Source: Eledone cirrhosa (taxonomy: Eukaryota). Taken from it: 64,000 bases of DNA. The translations under genes and the position numbers were made by a program. The notes beneath the pieces are model-generated. The model had not been told where the DNA came from, did no database searches, and saw nothing but the letters and a program-made list of their open reading frames with translations. Positions within the stretch are counted from its first letter, which is position 1. Each line of letters starts with the position of its first letter. Location: contig OZ024748.1 of assembly GCA_964016885.1 (NCBI GenBank), positions 43,524,001 through 43,588,000 of the forward strand, in the 5' to 3' direction. Positions 1-63,645 of the stretch are shown here, in pieces.

Positions 1-2300
1 TCCACCCGCTGTACTTTCTTGCAGTAAGACAGACTGAGTCAAGGTGTTCTCTGAATTTTAGGCTGGTTCCCATGTGGATGCCTAAATCTTTCACACACTG
101 TTTTTCCATTATTTGTTGTCCTGATGGGTTTCTGTAGTTTGTTGTATTTTTCAGATCTTGATCTGTTCCGTAGCGAATTAGTTCAAACTTCTTATCATTG
201 AACAACATATTGTTTGTTTCCTGCCATTTGTATATGGTGGTCAGGTCCTTTTGTAAGGCCTCTGTATCCACCTCGTCTTTGATTTGTCTCATGACCCTGG
301 TGTCATCAGCAAAGGATGAGACGTTGCTGGTTGTATCTTCATCTATGTCAGAGATGAGGATGAGAAACAGGATCGGGCCGAGTACTGTACCCTGAGGAAC
401 ACTGCTGGTCACAGGTGATGGTGTTGAATGGGTTCCATTCACAGTGACTGTTTGAGTTCTATTTGTAAGGAACTCATGTATCCATGTACCAACTTTTCCT
501 CCTACTCCTAGCTTTCGAAGTTTGTGTCCCAGGATGCCATGATCTACCTTGTCAAATGCTTTGGCAAAGTCGAGGTAAATAACATCTGTGTTGTATCCAT
601 TCTCTAGATTTTCTAGGATTTGGTCATGGTGTGCCAGTAGTTGGGAAAGACATGATCTACCTAACCTGAATCCATGCTGATTGCAATTCATCAGATTGTT
701 GGATTCCAGGAACTCAGCCAGTTTTCCACGAACTATTCTTTCGAGGACCTTGATAATGTGTGATGTCAGTGAGATTGGTCGGTAGTTCTTTGGTTTTGAT
801 TTGCTGTCCCCTTTATGTATTGGAGTTATGTGTGCTTCTTTACATGTATTTGGTATTTTGCCATTCTCCATAGATTCCTTCCATATCATGTAAAGGGGTT
901 TCAACAATTGTACCTTGCAGTTTTTAAGTATCATGGCATTGAAACCATCAGGCCCCACAGCCGAGTGCATGGAGAGCTTGTCTATGGCTCTTTCTATGTC
1001 TTCTGGGTTGAAATCAATGTCGGATAGGGTAGGTTTAGTATGGTCGATATCCTTGAAGAATTCTCCTGGGTCATGGATCTTCATGGTTTTAGATGGCTCA
1101 CTGAAGACACTTTCATACTGTTGGCCCAACATTTCTGCCATTTCAATAGGGTTATTCACTACATCCCCATTTTGTCTCTGGAGAGGTCCTATTGTTGACT
1201 TGGTATTCGAGTATTTCTTTGCAAAACTGTAGAAACATTTTGGATTTTTCTTGATGTTTTCTATGGCTCTCTTTTCTGCATTGTTATGTTCTTCATCATA
1301 GTGTTGTTTTAGATTGTCTTCTAATCTGTATATTTGGTCAAGGACTTTCTGTAGTTCATGTTTTGATGTCAGCTTAGATGTTTTGTTTCTTAGTCTTGAC
1401 CTTTTGCGCATCAGGATCTTTCGCTCCCGTGGTACAGGTTTTTTTGTAGATTTGGTTTTCTTAAGAGGAATATTTTTTGCACATATTTCTTTGATCTTGT
1501 TTAAGAATTTCTTGTGTTTATCTGGCCCAGTAAGGTAGAGATCCCAGTCAATGATTTGTAACTGGTTGTTAATAGTTTCCCAATTTGCCTGGTGATAATC
1601 ATACCTGCATAGCTTTGGCATGTCCTTTTGTTTAAGAGTTGTGGCATTGGGCTCATTACCAATGTGTAAATGCATTTCAATAATATTGTGGTCTGAAAGG
1701 ATTGTTGGGGTTGAGTGAAGGTCAAATAGCGTGTCCTCGTTGTTGGTGAAAACCAAGTCGATCGTATTATTATTTCTAGTTGCTTCTGTCATCATTTGTT
1801 TGAGGTATAATTTCTCTGTGACTTCCAACAGTTTGGCTGCCTGTATTTGTTCAGCTTTTGTCCCCAGTTTTAGTATGTGTCCATGTGGCTAGATGATGTT
1901 AGGGAAGTTGAAGTCACCAAGGAGGATAATGTCTGGCATTGGACTCACCATGTTTCCCAGAATTTGTTGCAGCTTTGTCAGTGGCTCAGTGAAGGATAAT
2001 GTTGGGCTGTTTAGCGGTCTGTACATTATTGTTACAACTGTATTAAGTTGGATGATTTTTATGCACAGCAGGTTGCAGTAGGCATTTGATTCATTGACAA
2101 GTTCTATGCATGCATAGGTATCATGGATATACATGATAACGCCCCCATGGGATCTGCCTTGTCTATCACATCTGAAGATGTTGAATCCATTGATTGAGAT
2201 TTCGCTGTTGCGGATGTTTTCGTTGAGATGACTTTCAGTAATTCCAATTATTTTGGAGTTGTTTTCTGTTGCTAATTCTTCCAAGAAAGGGACTTTACAC
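1..2300 (-). mobile_element. CR1/L2-group LINE ORF2 fragment (APE endonuclease + reverse transcriptase), disrupted, runs off window start
   Basis: ORF 1889..2284 has APE motifs (IGITESHL, RCDR..RSHGGV, LLGDFNFP). Minus-strand translation of about 290-680 gives QHGFRLGRSCLSQL, YLDFAKAFDKVDH, VPQGTVLGPILF, SFADD. A stop/frame break lies between the domains. Confidence 0.9.
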
Positions 2301-2370
2301 TGTTTTGTTTTCGGATAAAGACCCTGGATCTATATATATATGTATATACATATATATATATGTATATGTG

Positions 2371-2421
<51 letters not shown>

Positions 2422-2863
2422 ATGTGAATGTGTCTGTTAACACCTGGAATATAGCTTAAGAGAAACATGACAATAAGGAGAGGCACCCAATATTTTGAAC
2501 TGGTTTATAGAATTCTCTTGGCCTTTGTCACTCTAAGTAGAACTTTAAAGAATTAGCTTTTAAAGAATTTCCCTTTTCTTTAAACCCATCAACCATGACC
2601 GACCTCCAACGATCTTATAGACACCTGAAATGTAGGCATTGTTGGCTTAAGAGAAACTTAAAAATAAGGAGTGGCACCCCATTTTGAACTTGTTTATAGA
2701 ATTCTTTCTGCTTTTGTCACTCTAAATATAAATTATAGCCTTAAAGAATTAGCTTTTAATGAATTCCCTTTTCTATCAACTAATGACCTCCACCCATCCC
2801 ACTCCCTACCCTCTCCTACCACCTGAAAAGATATAAATACCACAACATTTATTTTTGACAGCC

Positions 2864-2914
2864 AGATTCCTGATGATTTCTAAAGAATGAAACAGTTCTA
2901 GTCCTGTAGAATCT
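2864..2914 (+). ncRNA. Type I hammerhead ribozyme motif (family A)
   Basis: AGATTC-CTGATGA-TTTC taaa GAAT-GAAA-CAG ttctagtc CTG-TA-GAATCT. Stem I is 6 bp, the core is complete, stem III is 4 bp, and the cleavage triplet is GUA. The 10.1-11.1 pair is U.U (atypical). Confidence 0.65.
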
Positions 2915-3058
2915 CATCTCTCTCTCTATATATATATACATAGAAGCAAAGGGATATTTAATTTGTTGGTAAATCAACAAATATATATATATATATAAAT
3001 ATATATATATATTTATAACTGATTCGAAGCACTCAACAGATTTTCTGGAGTATAATAT

Positions 3059-3325
3059 CAATGATATTTAGAAATGGAAACTATATTTATAAAACCATAT
3101 TTATTCTATTATATACATTTCAAGGGTACCAAAACTTTGGTATGCTCTCATCAGATATCCAGGTAAAACTTGAACCGTGAAGGTCTCGTTCCTGGCTATG
3201 TCAATATTCATAAAACAAACTTTGTATTTTATCTGATGAAAGCGTACCAAAGTCTTTTGGTACCCTTGAAATATATATAATAGAAAAAATATGGTTTTAT
3301 AAATATAGTTTCCATTTATTAATAT

Positions 3326-3330
<5 letters not shown>
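3059..3330. repeat. Imperfect long inverted repeat, Penelope-like terminal repeat remnant (family B)
   Basis: 3060-3157 is the reverse complement of 3230-3330. It is the same family as 4051-4410. Confidence 0.8.
3225..3285 (+). ncRNA. Minimal type I hammerhead ribozyme motif (family B)
   Basis: TATTTTAT-CTGATGA-AAGCGTACCAAA gtct TTTGGTACCCTT-GAAA-T atat A-TA-ATAGAA. Confidence 0.7.
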
Positions 3331-3392
<62 letters not shown>

Positions 3393-4094
3393 CGTATGTT
3401 GGTTAAATTCCTGAAAACTGTAGAGTGCTCAACTAATTGGCACTATATATATATATAAATTAAAATGAAGAATTAGAAATAGAAGCCAGGACTATCCATC
3501 ATCAGTGGTCTACTAGCCATCATAGGTATTTCTTCGCATTAAAGACCAGATACCTCAAGCTAGGGCAATACAATAACTAAAATAAGTTATTGGGATAAAA
3601 AGAGTTGGGTGGAGAAAGAGAGACAGGTAAACAAACAGGAATGGTGAGGCAACGTAAAGAGAGGAAAACATGAGAAAATCAAGTCAATGATTCATTTGAA
3701 CATAAGAACTTGCGAATATTGAGGAGAAGACAAAAGACACATCTTAACCGTGGGAAAGTAAGCGAGGATAGAATTTTGCACGGTGTGAGAAGATGGAGGA
3801 AGTGAGAGAGAGTGAGTGAGTGAGTGAAAGTGTGAGGAAGAGGCTAGCCGAGAGAGGGTGACAAGCAGAGGGGGTGAATGAAAGTAAGAGGGAGAAGGAG
3901 AGAGAAAGGGGATAGCAGTAAGGGAAGAGAAAAATATATATATATATATATATATAAGCAATAGGGATATTCATTTGGTTGGTAATTCAACAAATATAAA
4001 TGTTTATAACTGATTCAGAGCACTCAACAGGTTTTCTGGAGTATAATATTCAATGATATTAAATAAATGGAAACTATATTTATAAAAGCATATT

Positions 4095-4157
4095 TATTCT
4101 ATTATATATATTTCAAGGGTACCAAAAGACTTTGGTATGCTTTCATCAGATAAAATA
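4095..4157 (-). ncRNA. Minimal type I hammerhead ribozyme motif (family B, minus strand)
   Basis: Reverse complement matches the 4303-4365 motif. Confidence 0.7.
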
Positions 4158-4302
4158 CAAAGTTTGTTTTATAAATGTTGACATAGCCAAGGAACATACA
4201 TACCTTAACGGTTATAAAGTTTTCCTTGGATAGTTTTCCAAGGAAAACTTCAACCGTTAAGTATGTTCCTTGGCTATGTCAAAATTTATAAAACAAACTT
4301 TG

Positions 4303-4365
4303 TATTTTATCTGATGAAAGCATACCAAAGTCTTTTGGTACCCTTGAAATATATATAATAGAATA
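4303..4365 (+). ncRNA. Minimal type I hammerhead ribozyme motif (family B)
   Basis: Stem I TATTTTAT/ATAGAATA (8 bp, one GU), CTGATGA 4311-4317, stem II, GAAA 4346-4349, short stem III with palindromic ATAT loop, AUA triplet. Predicted cut after 4357. Confidence 0.75.
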
Positions 4366-4415
4366 AATATGGTTTTATAAATATAGTTTCCATTTATTTA
4401 ATATCATTGAATTAT

Positions 4416-4449
<34 letters not shown>

Positions 4450-4519
4450 ATACATATACATATATATATATATATATATAATTTTTTTACTACTGTCACA
4501 CAGTAATACAGAGTACCCG

Positions 4520-4905
4520 ACCTCCCATGGGTACAAGCCGAAGCTGAAGCATATAGACAATATGCCCACATACCCCCCACCACAAGGTGGTCGTAGAGGT
4601 GCCACGGCAAAAAAGCACCCAGCCCACACTGTAAAGTGGACGTGTAGGCGCCACGAAAAAGCACCCAGCACTCACTGTAAATGAGGTTGGTGTTAGGAAG
4701 GGCATCCAGCTGTAGAAATCAAGCCAAATCAGTTCCTGTATGAGCAAGAAAAGGTCAGCCGACCAGACACTGCCCACAACAGGACAACCCGTCTAACCCA
4801 TGCTAGCGTGGAAGAACGGACGTAAAACGGTGATGATGATGATGATGATGAATCCAACCTATGCAAGTGTGGAAAAACAGGCTTAAAAACGATGATGATG
4901 GTGAT
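4520..4905 (+). mobile_element. RTE-LINE/SINE 3' tail copy ending in (GAT)n
   Basis: Shares CACACTGTAAA, GGTTGGTGTTAGGAAGGGCATCCAGC and AACCCATGCTAGCGTGGAA..GGACGT...(GAT)n with the RTE 3' UTR at 26280-26670. Confidence 0.75.
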
Positions 4906-5136
4906 ATATATAATATACATATATGTATGGATGGATAGATGGAGAAAGAGAGATAGTACTGTCTGGTCTATAAGGTTATGTCAAACTTTTTCTAGCTGGG
5001 AAAACGGATGTTAAATGATGATGATGATGATAATAGTGATGATAATGATGGTGGTGATGATGATGATTGTGTGCGTACATGTGTGTCTGCCTTTAAAGAG
5101 ACATTAACGTGAAGTTTGTGTTTTGGTATTTAACAG

Positions 5137-56064
<50,928 letters not shown>

Positions 56065-56889
56065 TTGCCACTGGATTTTTTTACGAAGCATAAACTAAGA
56101 AAGGTAAATTCTTCATCATTTGTTTGTAAGTGTTGTAAATTGATCTGGACCAATATTGCTTTTTCTCACATCGGCATCAATAAATTTAATGCTTGGACAA
56201 GGATTCATGACCCACCAATGCCAAGGAGAATCATGGACCTATTAGATTATCCATGGTGCCCGATCCTCGGTAATGAGAATGGGAAGAGAATACAAAATGG
56301 CCTGAAATTTCTGATGAAATATCTTAAATATATATATTTTTTCTATGACAAATAGATTGCGAGTGTTTATATTTCTCTAAAAACCTTTCTTCATTATTTT
56401 ATGTAAAGACTTTTATTATGTTCCAAACAGCAGCTTGATAAGGAGAAAGTTTGTCATTTTACTAAATAGTTGTCTTCATTTGATCACCAATCATTTTACA
56501 GAGTGCACTGGGTGTATTTTATCATGACACACATCTAGATATAGAATTGTATGTATATATGCACATATAACTCTAAAGATACAGAACTATACATGCTATG
56601 ACATCCATACACACACATATTTAGCTCGTTGATGCTGCCTAAATTCCAATGAAAGTGTCTTGCATCATCAACATTTTACATCCGCTTTTCCCTGCTTGCA
56701 AGGGTTGGACTGCAATTCTTATTTGTTGTGCTCATAATTTTGGCATTTATTATACTGGTTGGATGCCCTTCCTAACACCAGCACCACTTTACAGCATGGA
56801 CTGGGTGCTTTTATTCGTGCCACCAGCACTAGAGAGGTTGTCTTACTGGAACTCATGTGTGTTAGAAACCAGCTCCCCTCTCTTATATA

Positions 56890-57175
56890 TATATATATGA
56901 ATGTATGTATAGTATATTTGAAAATATACTTTATATTTATTTAAAAACATTTTGAAGACCATTCGCTATGAATTTTAAAGTAGTGACTACGTCACGTACT
57001 TTGTGTCGGCAGAAGCGAAGGGGTATGTAGTCTTAACAACCACTAACAAGAGAGAAACGGTCACCATTGATTATTCCTTTGCTTTTGCCGAGACTAGACA
57101 CTACTTTAAAATTCATATCAAATGGTCTTCAAAATGTTTTAAAATAAATATACTATACATACATTCATATATACA
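56890..57175. repeat. Inverted-repeat element between the convergent gene ends
   Basis: About 56890-56992 is reverse-complementary to about 57092-57175. Confidence 0.75.
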
Positions 57176-57580
57176 TCGCTATTTTAGAGCACCAATACTA
57201 ATTTCTTATATATATATATTTGTCTAACAGAACAAAGAAAGGACAAGTTTATAAAGAAATAATTGTTTATTTTTGTTCATTCTAGAAAATGTAAATATTA
57301 CAAAAGATAAGAAAAATAGATAAAATAAGGTGAAATAAATTTCACAAAATATGTCTTTAAAGAAAAGGAGCTATATATATATATATAATATATATCAATT
57401 TTTTTTTTATTTATTTATAGGTACCAACTTTAAACAATGTTTTAATCAACAACTGCATGGCATCATCAATATAGAGATAGAAAGATGCCATATATCGTAC
57501 TATATAATAGAAACAGAGTGAGAGACAAAACATGAATTGAAGAAATACATCAGTCTTTTTTTTTTTTGGAGTAAGTTGGT

Positions 57581-60500
57581 TTAATTAGAATTTCCAAAGA
57601 GTGAAAGAATCAAGAGGAATAAGTCAACTATGTCAATGTAGAGAGCCAATGCACCAAAAATATATTCCTCGGGACTCAGTGCGTATTTCTTTCCTCCCAT
57701 TATTAACTGTGTGTCAAAGATCAAGAACTGCAAAGAAAATACATATATATTTTTTATTAAACCTTATTAAATTATCGAATCATTATCGAAGTGTTTGGAA
57801 TTTGAAATGTGAAAGCCCCAAAAGTAGAAAATAACTGTAACAACAGTCAGTCATTACAAATAATAGTTGGAAGAATTAACTCTTTAGTTACCAACCCAGC
57901 CAAAACCAGCTCTGGTTCTATGAAATAAAACCACCCATTTTAACCCTTTAGTTACCAACTTTACTTAATTCTCTCAGCTATTATCTATACTGATTAACTT
58001 ATTACAGTTACTTTCTACATTTGGGACTTTCACATATTTATTAGTCTTTATTATTTTTTTAAATGTTTAAAACATAACTTTATCGTACACTTCCACTGTA
58101 ACTTAATAAAGCGCCATTACAGAATTGTTAAAGCATCAGACAAGAAGAGGGTTTTGTTGTATCTCTTCCAGTTCTTTATGTTTGGAGTTTAAACACTGCA
58201 CCCTGTGTGAATGTAAAAAATCATGGTAGTACTGGTGCTACAACAAAAAAAAAAAAGCACCCAGTTCACACTAATTTTTTAGGCGGATGATAGAGTGGTT
58301 AAGATCTTGAATAGTCAAGCACCATTGTGGACATCACCTGATACATCATTTGCAGCCTTGCCCTGTATTATAGAGTGGTTAAGATCTTGAATAGTCAAGC
58401 ACCATTGTGGACATCACCTGATACATCAAAGGCAACATTTGCAGCCTTGCCCTGTATTATAGAATGGTTGAGATCTTGAATAACTTTGCACCATTGCAGA
58501 CATCACTTGATACATCAATAAGGCAAGCCAGCAACAATAATAAGAACTTCATTGTCAGCAACTGATATCAATATAAGACAAAATTAGGAATCAGAGATGA
58601 TACTTACCCAGGCATAAAGCAAAGCAATAAGTGCTGCATAAACATTGGTCAAAATCTGAAATATAAAGAAATATATTTGTCAAATAGATTTTACTTGAAG
58701 TAATCTGTTTAATTATTTGATACTATAGTGTGTTAGAGTAGGCAGATGGTCCAGTAGTAAAGGTGTTGGACTGGGTTGTGTTGTATCCTTGAACAAAACA
58801 CTTGATTTCATGTTCCAGTATAATTCAACTGAAAACGAGTACCAGCAGCAATAACTAGGGGTTTAACCCCACGATGGACTGGCGTCTTGTACTCTCAGGT
58901 GCTTAACACTACAGAAACAGCTAAGCACTGTCCTGATGAGCTTCTCAGTTTGAAACAAGACTTTTTATAGTGAGTGTTGGAGCTCAGTTGATTTTGATAA
59001 ATATTTCAGTTGTTTGATCAATGGAACAGTCTGCTAGTGACTGAGCATCCCACAGACACGTGTATCCTTAATGTAGTTCCCACCAGAACAGCTTGTGACT
59101 CAGCATTCTACAGACATGTGTACCCTTAACTCTTTAGTTATCAATCTGGCCAAAAGCTGCCCTGGTTCTATGAGATAAAATCACCCGTTTTAAAGGTTTC
59201 CAATTTAAATTAAAATCTTCCAGCATAATTTTATACAAGTTACATTAAGTTACTATCTTAATAATTTTAGAAAATCCCTCAAACTTCATTAATTAATTAA
59301 AATATTGTATTTCATTAGAAATGCAATCATGAAAGGGTTGATATATCAAAGCCACCCCCACCCCCACACACACTCCAAAAGAATTCTGGTCCTGTGCTTA
59401 AATTTGAAACATTTATAACACCCTTTAGCATTTACATGAGATAAAGATTTTACTGTGAAAAAACAATAGTATATATAGAGTAAAGTCTTTATCTCACATA
59501 ACATTTACATTACTCTATATATACTATTGTATTTTCACAGTAAAATCTTTATCTCACATAATATCTCATAATATCGAATCTATGAGATTTTGATATTTAT
59601 TTTGAGACCAATACCTTAACATCAGTATGAGTAGCAAAATACTGCCAGTTTGAACAGAAAAAAGTGAGAGGATTCTGGCCTGATATAACCAGTTTAACCA
59701 TTTACCATTTACTTTATATATACTATTGCAATTTCAATCTAAAGCCTTTACCTCACATAATATCAAATCTGAGATTTTTATATTATTTATTTTGAGAACA
59801 ATACCTTAACATAAGTATAAGCAGCCAGTTATGGCTGGTTTGAACAGAAAGAGGTGAGAGAATTCTAGCCCGATATGACCAGTTTAAATACTAAAGGGTT
59901 AAACATCACAAATGAAAATCATCATCATCGTTTAACGTCCATCTTCCACGCTTCCATGGGTTTGGACGGGAATTTTCCCACTTGAGGCAAGATTGGTTGT
60001 CTTGCTCGCATACGACTGTCTGGCGGATTTTCTACGGCCGGATGCCCTTCCTAACACCAACCACATTTACAGTGTGGACTGGGAGGTTTTTACCGTGTTA
60101 CCAACATTACAGCGTGGACTGTTTTTTTTGTCGTGACACCTACACGACCTCATTTATTTTGGACTGGATGTTGTGGTACCAACATAACTTTACATTGAAA
60201 GGGGTGGGACGGGGGGTGTATTTTTGTTAGAGATGCCTACTGACTGTAGTAGGTTTCGCTTTGTACTTAGGCAAGGCGGGTCTTCTGTATTACTGCGTAG
60301 CGCCAAAGATCTCGGTCCAGTGACATTGTCTTGGAGAGGTGTAAGTGTGTGAGGTCGGAATTTATCAAGAAAATATAAATAAGAAAAGATCAAAGATTGA
60401 CTCACTGGTAAAGGAGTGGCTAAGGCATATTGGGTAATAATTATTGAAAATCCAAAGAGAATCACCACAATACAAAAGGTGAACATGAGGCCGGCACACA

Positions 60501-62904
60501 TTGTGAAGTCAATCTAAAGAGATAGAGAAGATTAAGTGAACACAAGGGGGTTTGTGGCAAAAGCAATGACAGAAAACATGTATGAAACAATGACTTTACT
60601 TTAATTTCAAACTCTGAGGTACAAAAACAACAACAACAAAAATCTGATAGAATACAAACCTTGGTTTGCATGGCAAAAATGGTAATTGATAAACAGACGA
60701 CAGCTGTAACTGCCATGGAGATCAATACGATGTCAGTGGAATGGAAGCTGAAAGGAGATATACATAAAATAGAATATCAGGTATACTGGAAACATTTTTT
60801 TTAAAAAAGGTGATAAATTATCAGTTATTAATTTAGTCTTTCTCAAGCCCAGAAGCTTATTAGTCTAACAGACAGTAGCCCCCTTCTCCATCATGCTGGG
60901 TCTCCCATGTAGGAAGTAATAAGCCTCAAAGTCCAACAGACAGTAGTCCCCTTCTCCATCAGGCTGGGCCTCTCCCATGTAGGAAGTAACAAGCCTCAAA
61001 GTCCAACAGACAGTAGTCCCCTTCTCCATCAGGCTGGGCCTCTCCCATGTAGGAAGTAACAAGCCTCAAAGTCCAACAGACAGTATACCCCCTTCTCCAT
61101 CAGGCTGGCCCTTTGTGGGAAGTAATTGGTTTAAACAAAGCTATCAAAAATATTCTAAAATACCAACTGAAATATGTTAACATTTCGTTCTATACTGTAA
61201 GTAGAGACAATAAAGAGATATTGTAAAGTTAAGGAGTTAACTCTTGTGACCAGAGTTCTAACTTGAAAATATACCTCCACTGTGGTTTAATTTCCACAAT
61301 ATACCACGCTTTGTGGTTTAATTACAACACTATACCTTCACTGTGGTTTAATTTCCACAATATACCACCCTACTGGTTAAATTTCCACAATATACTACCC
61401 TTTGTGGTTTAATTACAACAATATACCTCCACTGTGGTTTAATTACAACAATATACCACCCTTTGTGGTTTAATTACAACAATATACCTCCACTGTGGTT
61501 TAATTACAACAATATACCACCCTTTGTGGCTTAATTACCACAATATACCTCCAGTGTGGTTTAATTTCCACAATATAAAATAGAACTGGGGCATTTATCA
61601 TTAAAACACTACAGAAACCTCCTATAAGATGGAACCTCATAGGAAACCAGCTAAACCAACATAGGTGTGACACCTGTAATAACATTATCTAGTACAGGTT
61701 ACATAGGTGTGACACCTGTAATAACATGTATCTAGAACAGGTTACATAGGTGTGACACCTGTAATAACATGTATCTAGAACAGGTTACATAGGTGTGACA
61801 CCTGTAATAACATTACCTAGTACAGGTTACATAGGTGTGACACCTGTAATAACATGTACCTAGTACAGGTTACATAGGTGCGACACCTGTAACATGTACC
61901 TAGTGCAGGTTACATAGGTGTGACAACTGTAATAACATCTAGTACAGGTTACATAGGTGTGACACCTGTAACATGTACCTAGTACAGGTTACATAGGTGT
62001 GACACCTGTAATAACATTATCTAGTACAGGTTACATAGGTGTGACAACTGTAACAATATCTATCTAGTATAAGTGTGACACCTGTAACATGTACCTAGTA
62101 CAGGTTACATAGGTGTGACACCTGTAACATGTATCTAGTACAGGTTACATAGATGTTGTTACAGGTGTCACACCTATGTAACATGTACTAGGTACATGTT
62201 ACAGGTGTCACACCTATGTAACCTGTACTAGATAGATATTGTTACAGGTGTCACACCTATCTAGTACAGGTTACATAGGTGTGACACCTGTAACAACATG
62301 TACCTAGTACAGGTTACATAGGTGTGATGCCTGTAACAATATCTATCTAGTACAGGTTACATAGGTGTGACAGCTGTAACAACATCAATAATACATATGT
62401 GAAAATTTCTTGTGACTTACCAACTAATTGTGCCAAGTACAATTGACATTGATAGAGTCTGAAATAGAACAAAAATACAAGTAAAATTCCGTTATAACGA
62501 AATTTGTTTCAATCCCAGCCACACGCTCCATGTGTTAGGTCAATCTCATTATAAAGAATTTTTCGTTACAACAAATATTTTTAAAACCCCGTGAATTTCA
62601 CTGTACAACAGCCATTATCGTTTGACATAGAGAAGACATCCAAAATAGGGGAGACAAAATAATAAAAGTGTTAAAATTTAATTTATTGCTCACATATAGT
62701 GGGTACATAAATGTATTTATGAGTTTTATATCCAGTATTACTATTATTTGATATAAAAACCCATATTACTATTATTTGATATAAAACCCATATTATTATT
62801 ATTCGATATAAAACCCACAAATAAAAGTATTATCATAGATAACTAATAAAAAGGATTAACTTACCAAAATAAACAAGCATATTACATTACCAGGATATTT
62901 CCGC
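57581..62904 (-). CDS. Protein lifeguard / TMBIM family (FAIM2/GRINA/TMBIM1-like), last six exons; 5' part beyond window
   Basis: Exons 62865-62904 (RKYPGNVICLFIL), 62421-62458 (TLSMSIVLGTIS), 60660-60747 (FHSTDIVLISMAVTAVVCLSITIFAMQTK), 60406-60513 (IDFTMCAG...), 58608-58655 (ILTNVYAALIALLYAW), 57581-57727 (FLIFDTQLIMGGKKYALSPEEYIFGALALYIDIVDLFLLILSLFGNSN*). GT-AG borders, frame-consistent. Confidence 0.93.
59420..59898 (+). mobile_element. Tandem/rearranged pair of the piggyBac-type MITE
   Basis: CCCTTTAGCATTTA start, short internal inversion, second copy from about 59697, end TAAATACTAAAGGG-TTAA. Confidence 0.7.
59918..60370 (-). mobile_element. RTE LINE 3' end (same family as 25071-26670)
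   Basis: Reverse complement matches about 26170-26650, including the ORF end and (GAT)n tail. Confidence 0.9.
60865..61110. repeat. About 70-bp tandem repeat x3.5
   Basis: AACAGACAGTAGTCCCCTTCTCCATCAGGCTGGG...AAAGTCC repeated. Confidence 0.88.
61268..61575. repeat. About 30-31-bp minisatellite
   Basis: AATATACCTCCACTGTGGTTTAATTACAAC variants. Confidence 0.88.
61659..62385. repeat. About 40-43-bp minisatellite with internal inverted block
   Basis: ACATAGGTGTGACACCTGTAATAACATGTATCTAGTACAGGTT. Units at about 62152-62260 are reverse-complemented. Confidence 0.92.
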
Positions 62905-63074
62905 CTGAGAAATAAAAAGAGAAAAACATTGATGTTCTATTTTCTTTATATATATATATACATATATATATATATAGTAATAATAATAAATTTGAAAACT
63001 AAAATCCAAAGAGGGCTCGATAAGGATAAATATATATCAAATATATAAGAACCCTAGAGCAAATATTTATTAAA

Positions 63075-63234
63075 ATAACAGATTAAAGTTTAAGCAAAGA
63101 ATCGATGCTTTCACACTTAATGGGATCTTCTGAAACTAAAAAAAAATCAATCAGATTGATTTTTTTTAGTTTCAGAAGATCCCGTTAAGTGTAAAAGCAG
63201 CAATTCTTTGCTTAAACTTTAATCTGTTATTTTA

Positions 63235-63235
<1 letters not shown>
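63075..63235. repeat. Long inverted repeat; related single arm at about 55290-55430
   Basis: AAATAACAGATTAAAGTTTAAGCAAAGAAT...CTGAAACTAAAAAAAATCAATC / GATTGATTTTTTTTAGTTTCAG...ATTCTTTGCTTAAACTTTAATCTGTTATTT. Confidence 0.85.
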
Positions 63236-63282
<47 letters not shown>

Positions 63283-63645
63283 TTATATTCTACATTAAGT
63301 AGCTCATTCAGAGAGAGAGAGAATCTATTTTCTTATATATACATGATGGCTGCCCCATCGTTATCGAGTATGACCATTGCATGTTATACCATTATTAATA
63401 ATTATTAATTAATTCTATCGTTCAATGCCTGTGCGTGAAGATTTTTTTTAAAGTGAGGAAAGACTGTGCACTGAGCCAATCCCACTCTCTGAGCGACAGT
63501 AGCTATAACCCAAAAAGAAGAAAAGATCAACATCATCGGTTACTGAGCCGCAGGTTTTATGTCGGAGTTATCCCAGTTTCCTGAGTTGCCTTCTCCTATA
63601 TATTTTTACATATATACTTTAGAATTTTTACAATTGGTCCACATT

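Larger units (their letters stand above)
4051..4410. repeat. About 360-bp near-perfect palindrome (head-to-head Penelope-like repeats)
   Basis: Arms of about 175 bp are reverse-complementary around a short loop near 4230-4236. Each arm carries a hammerhead core. Confidence 0.9.
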
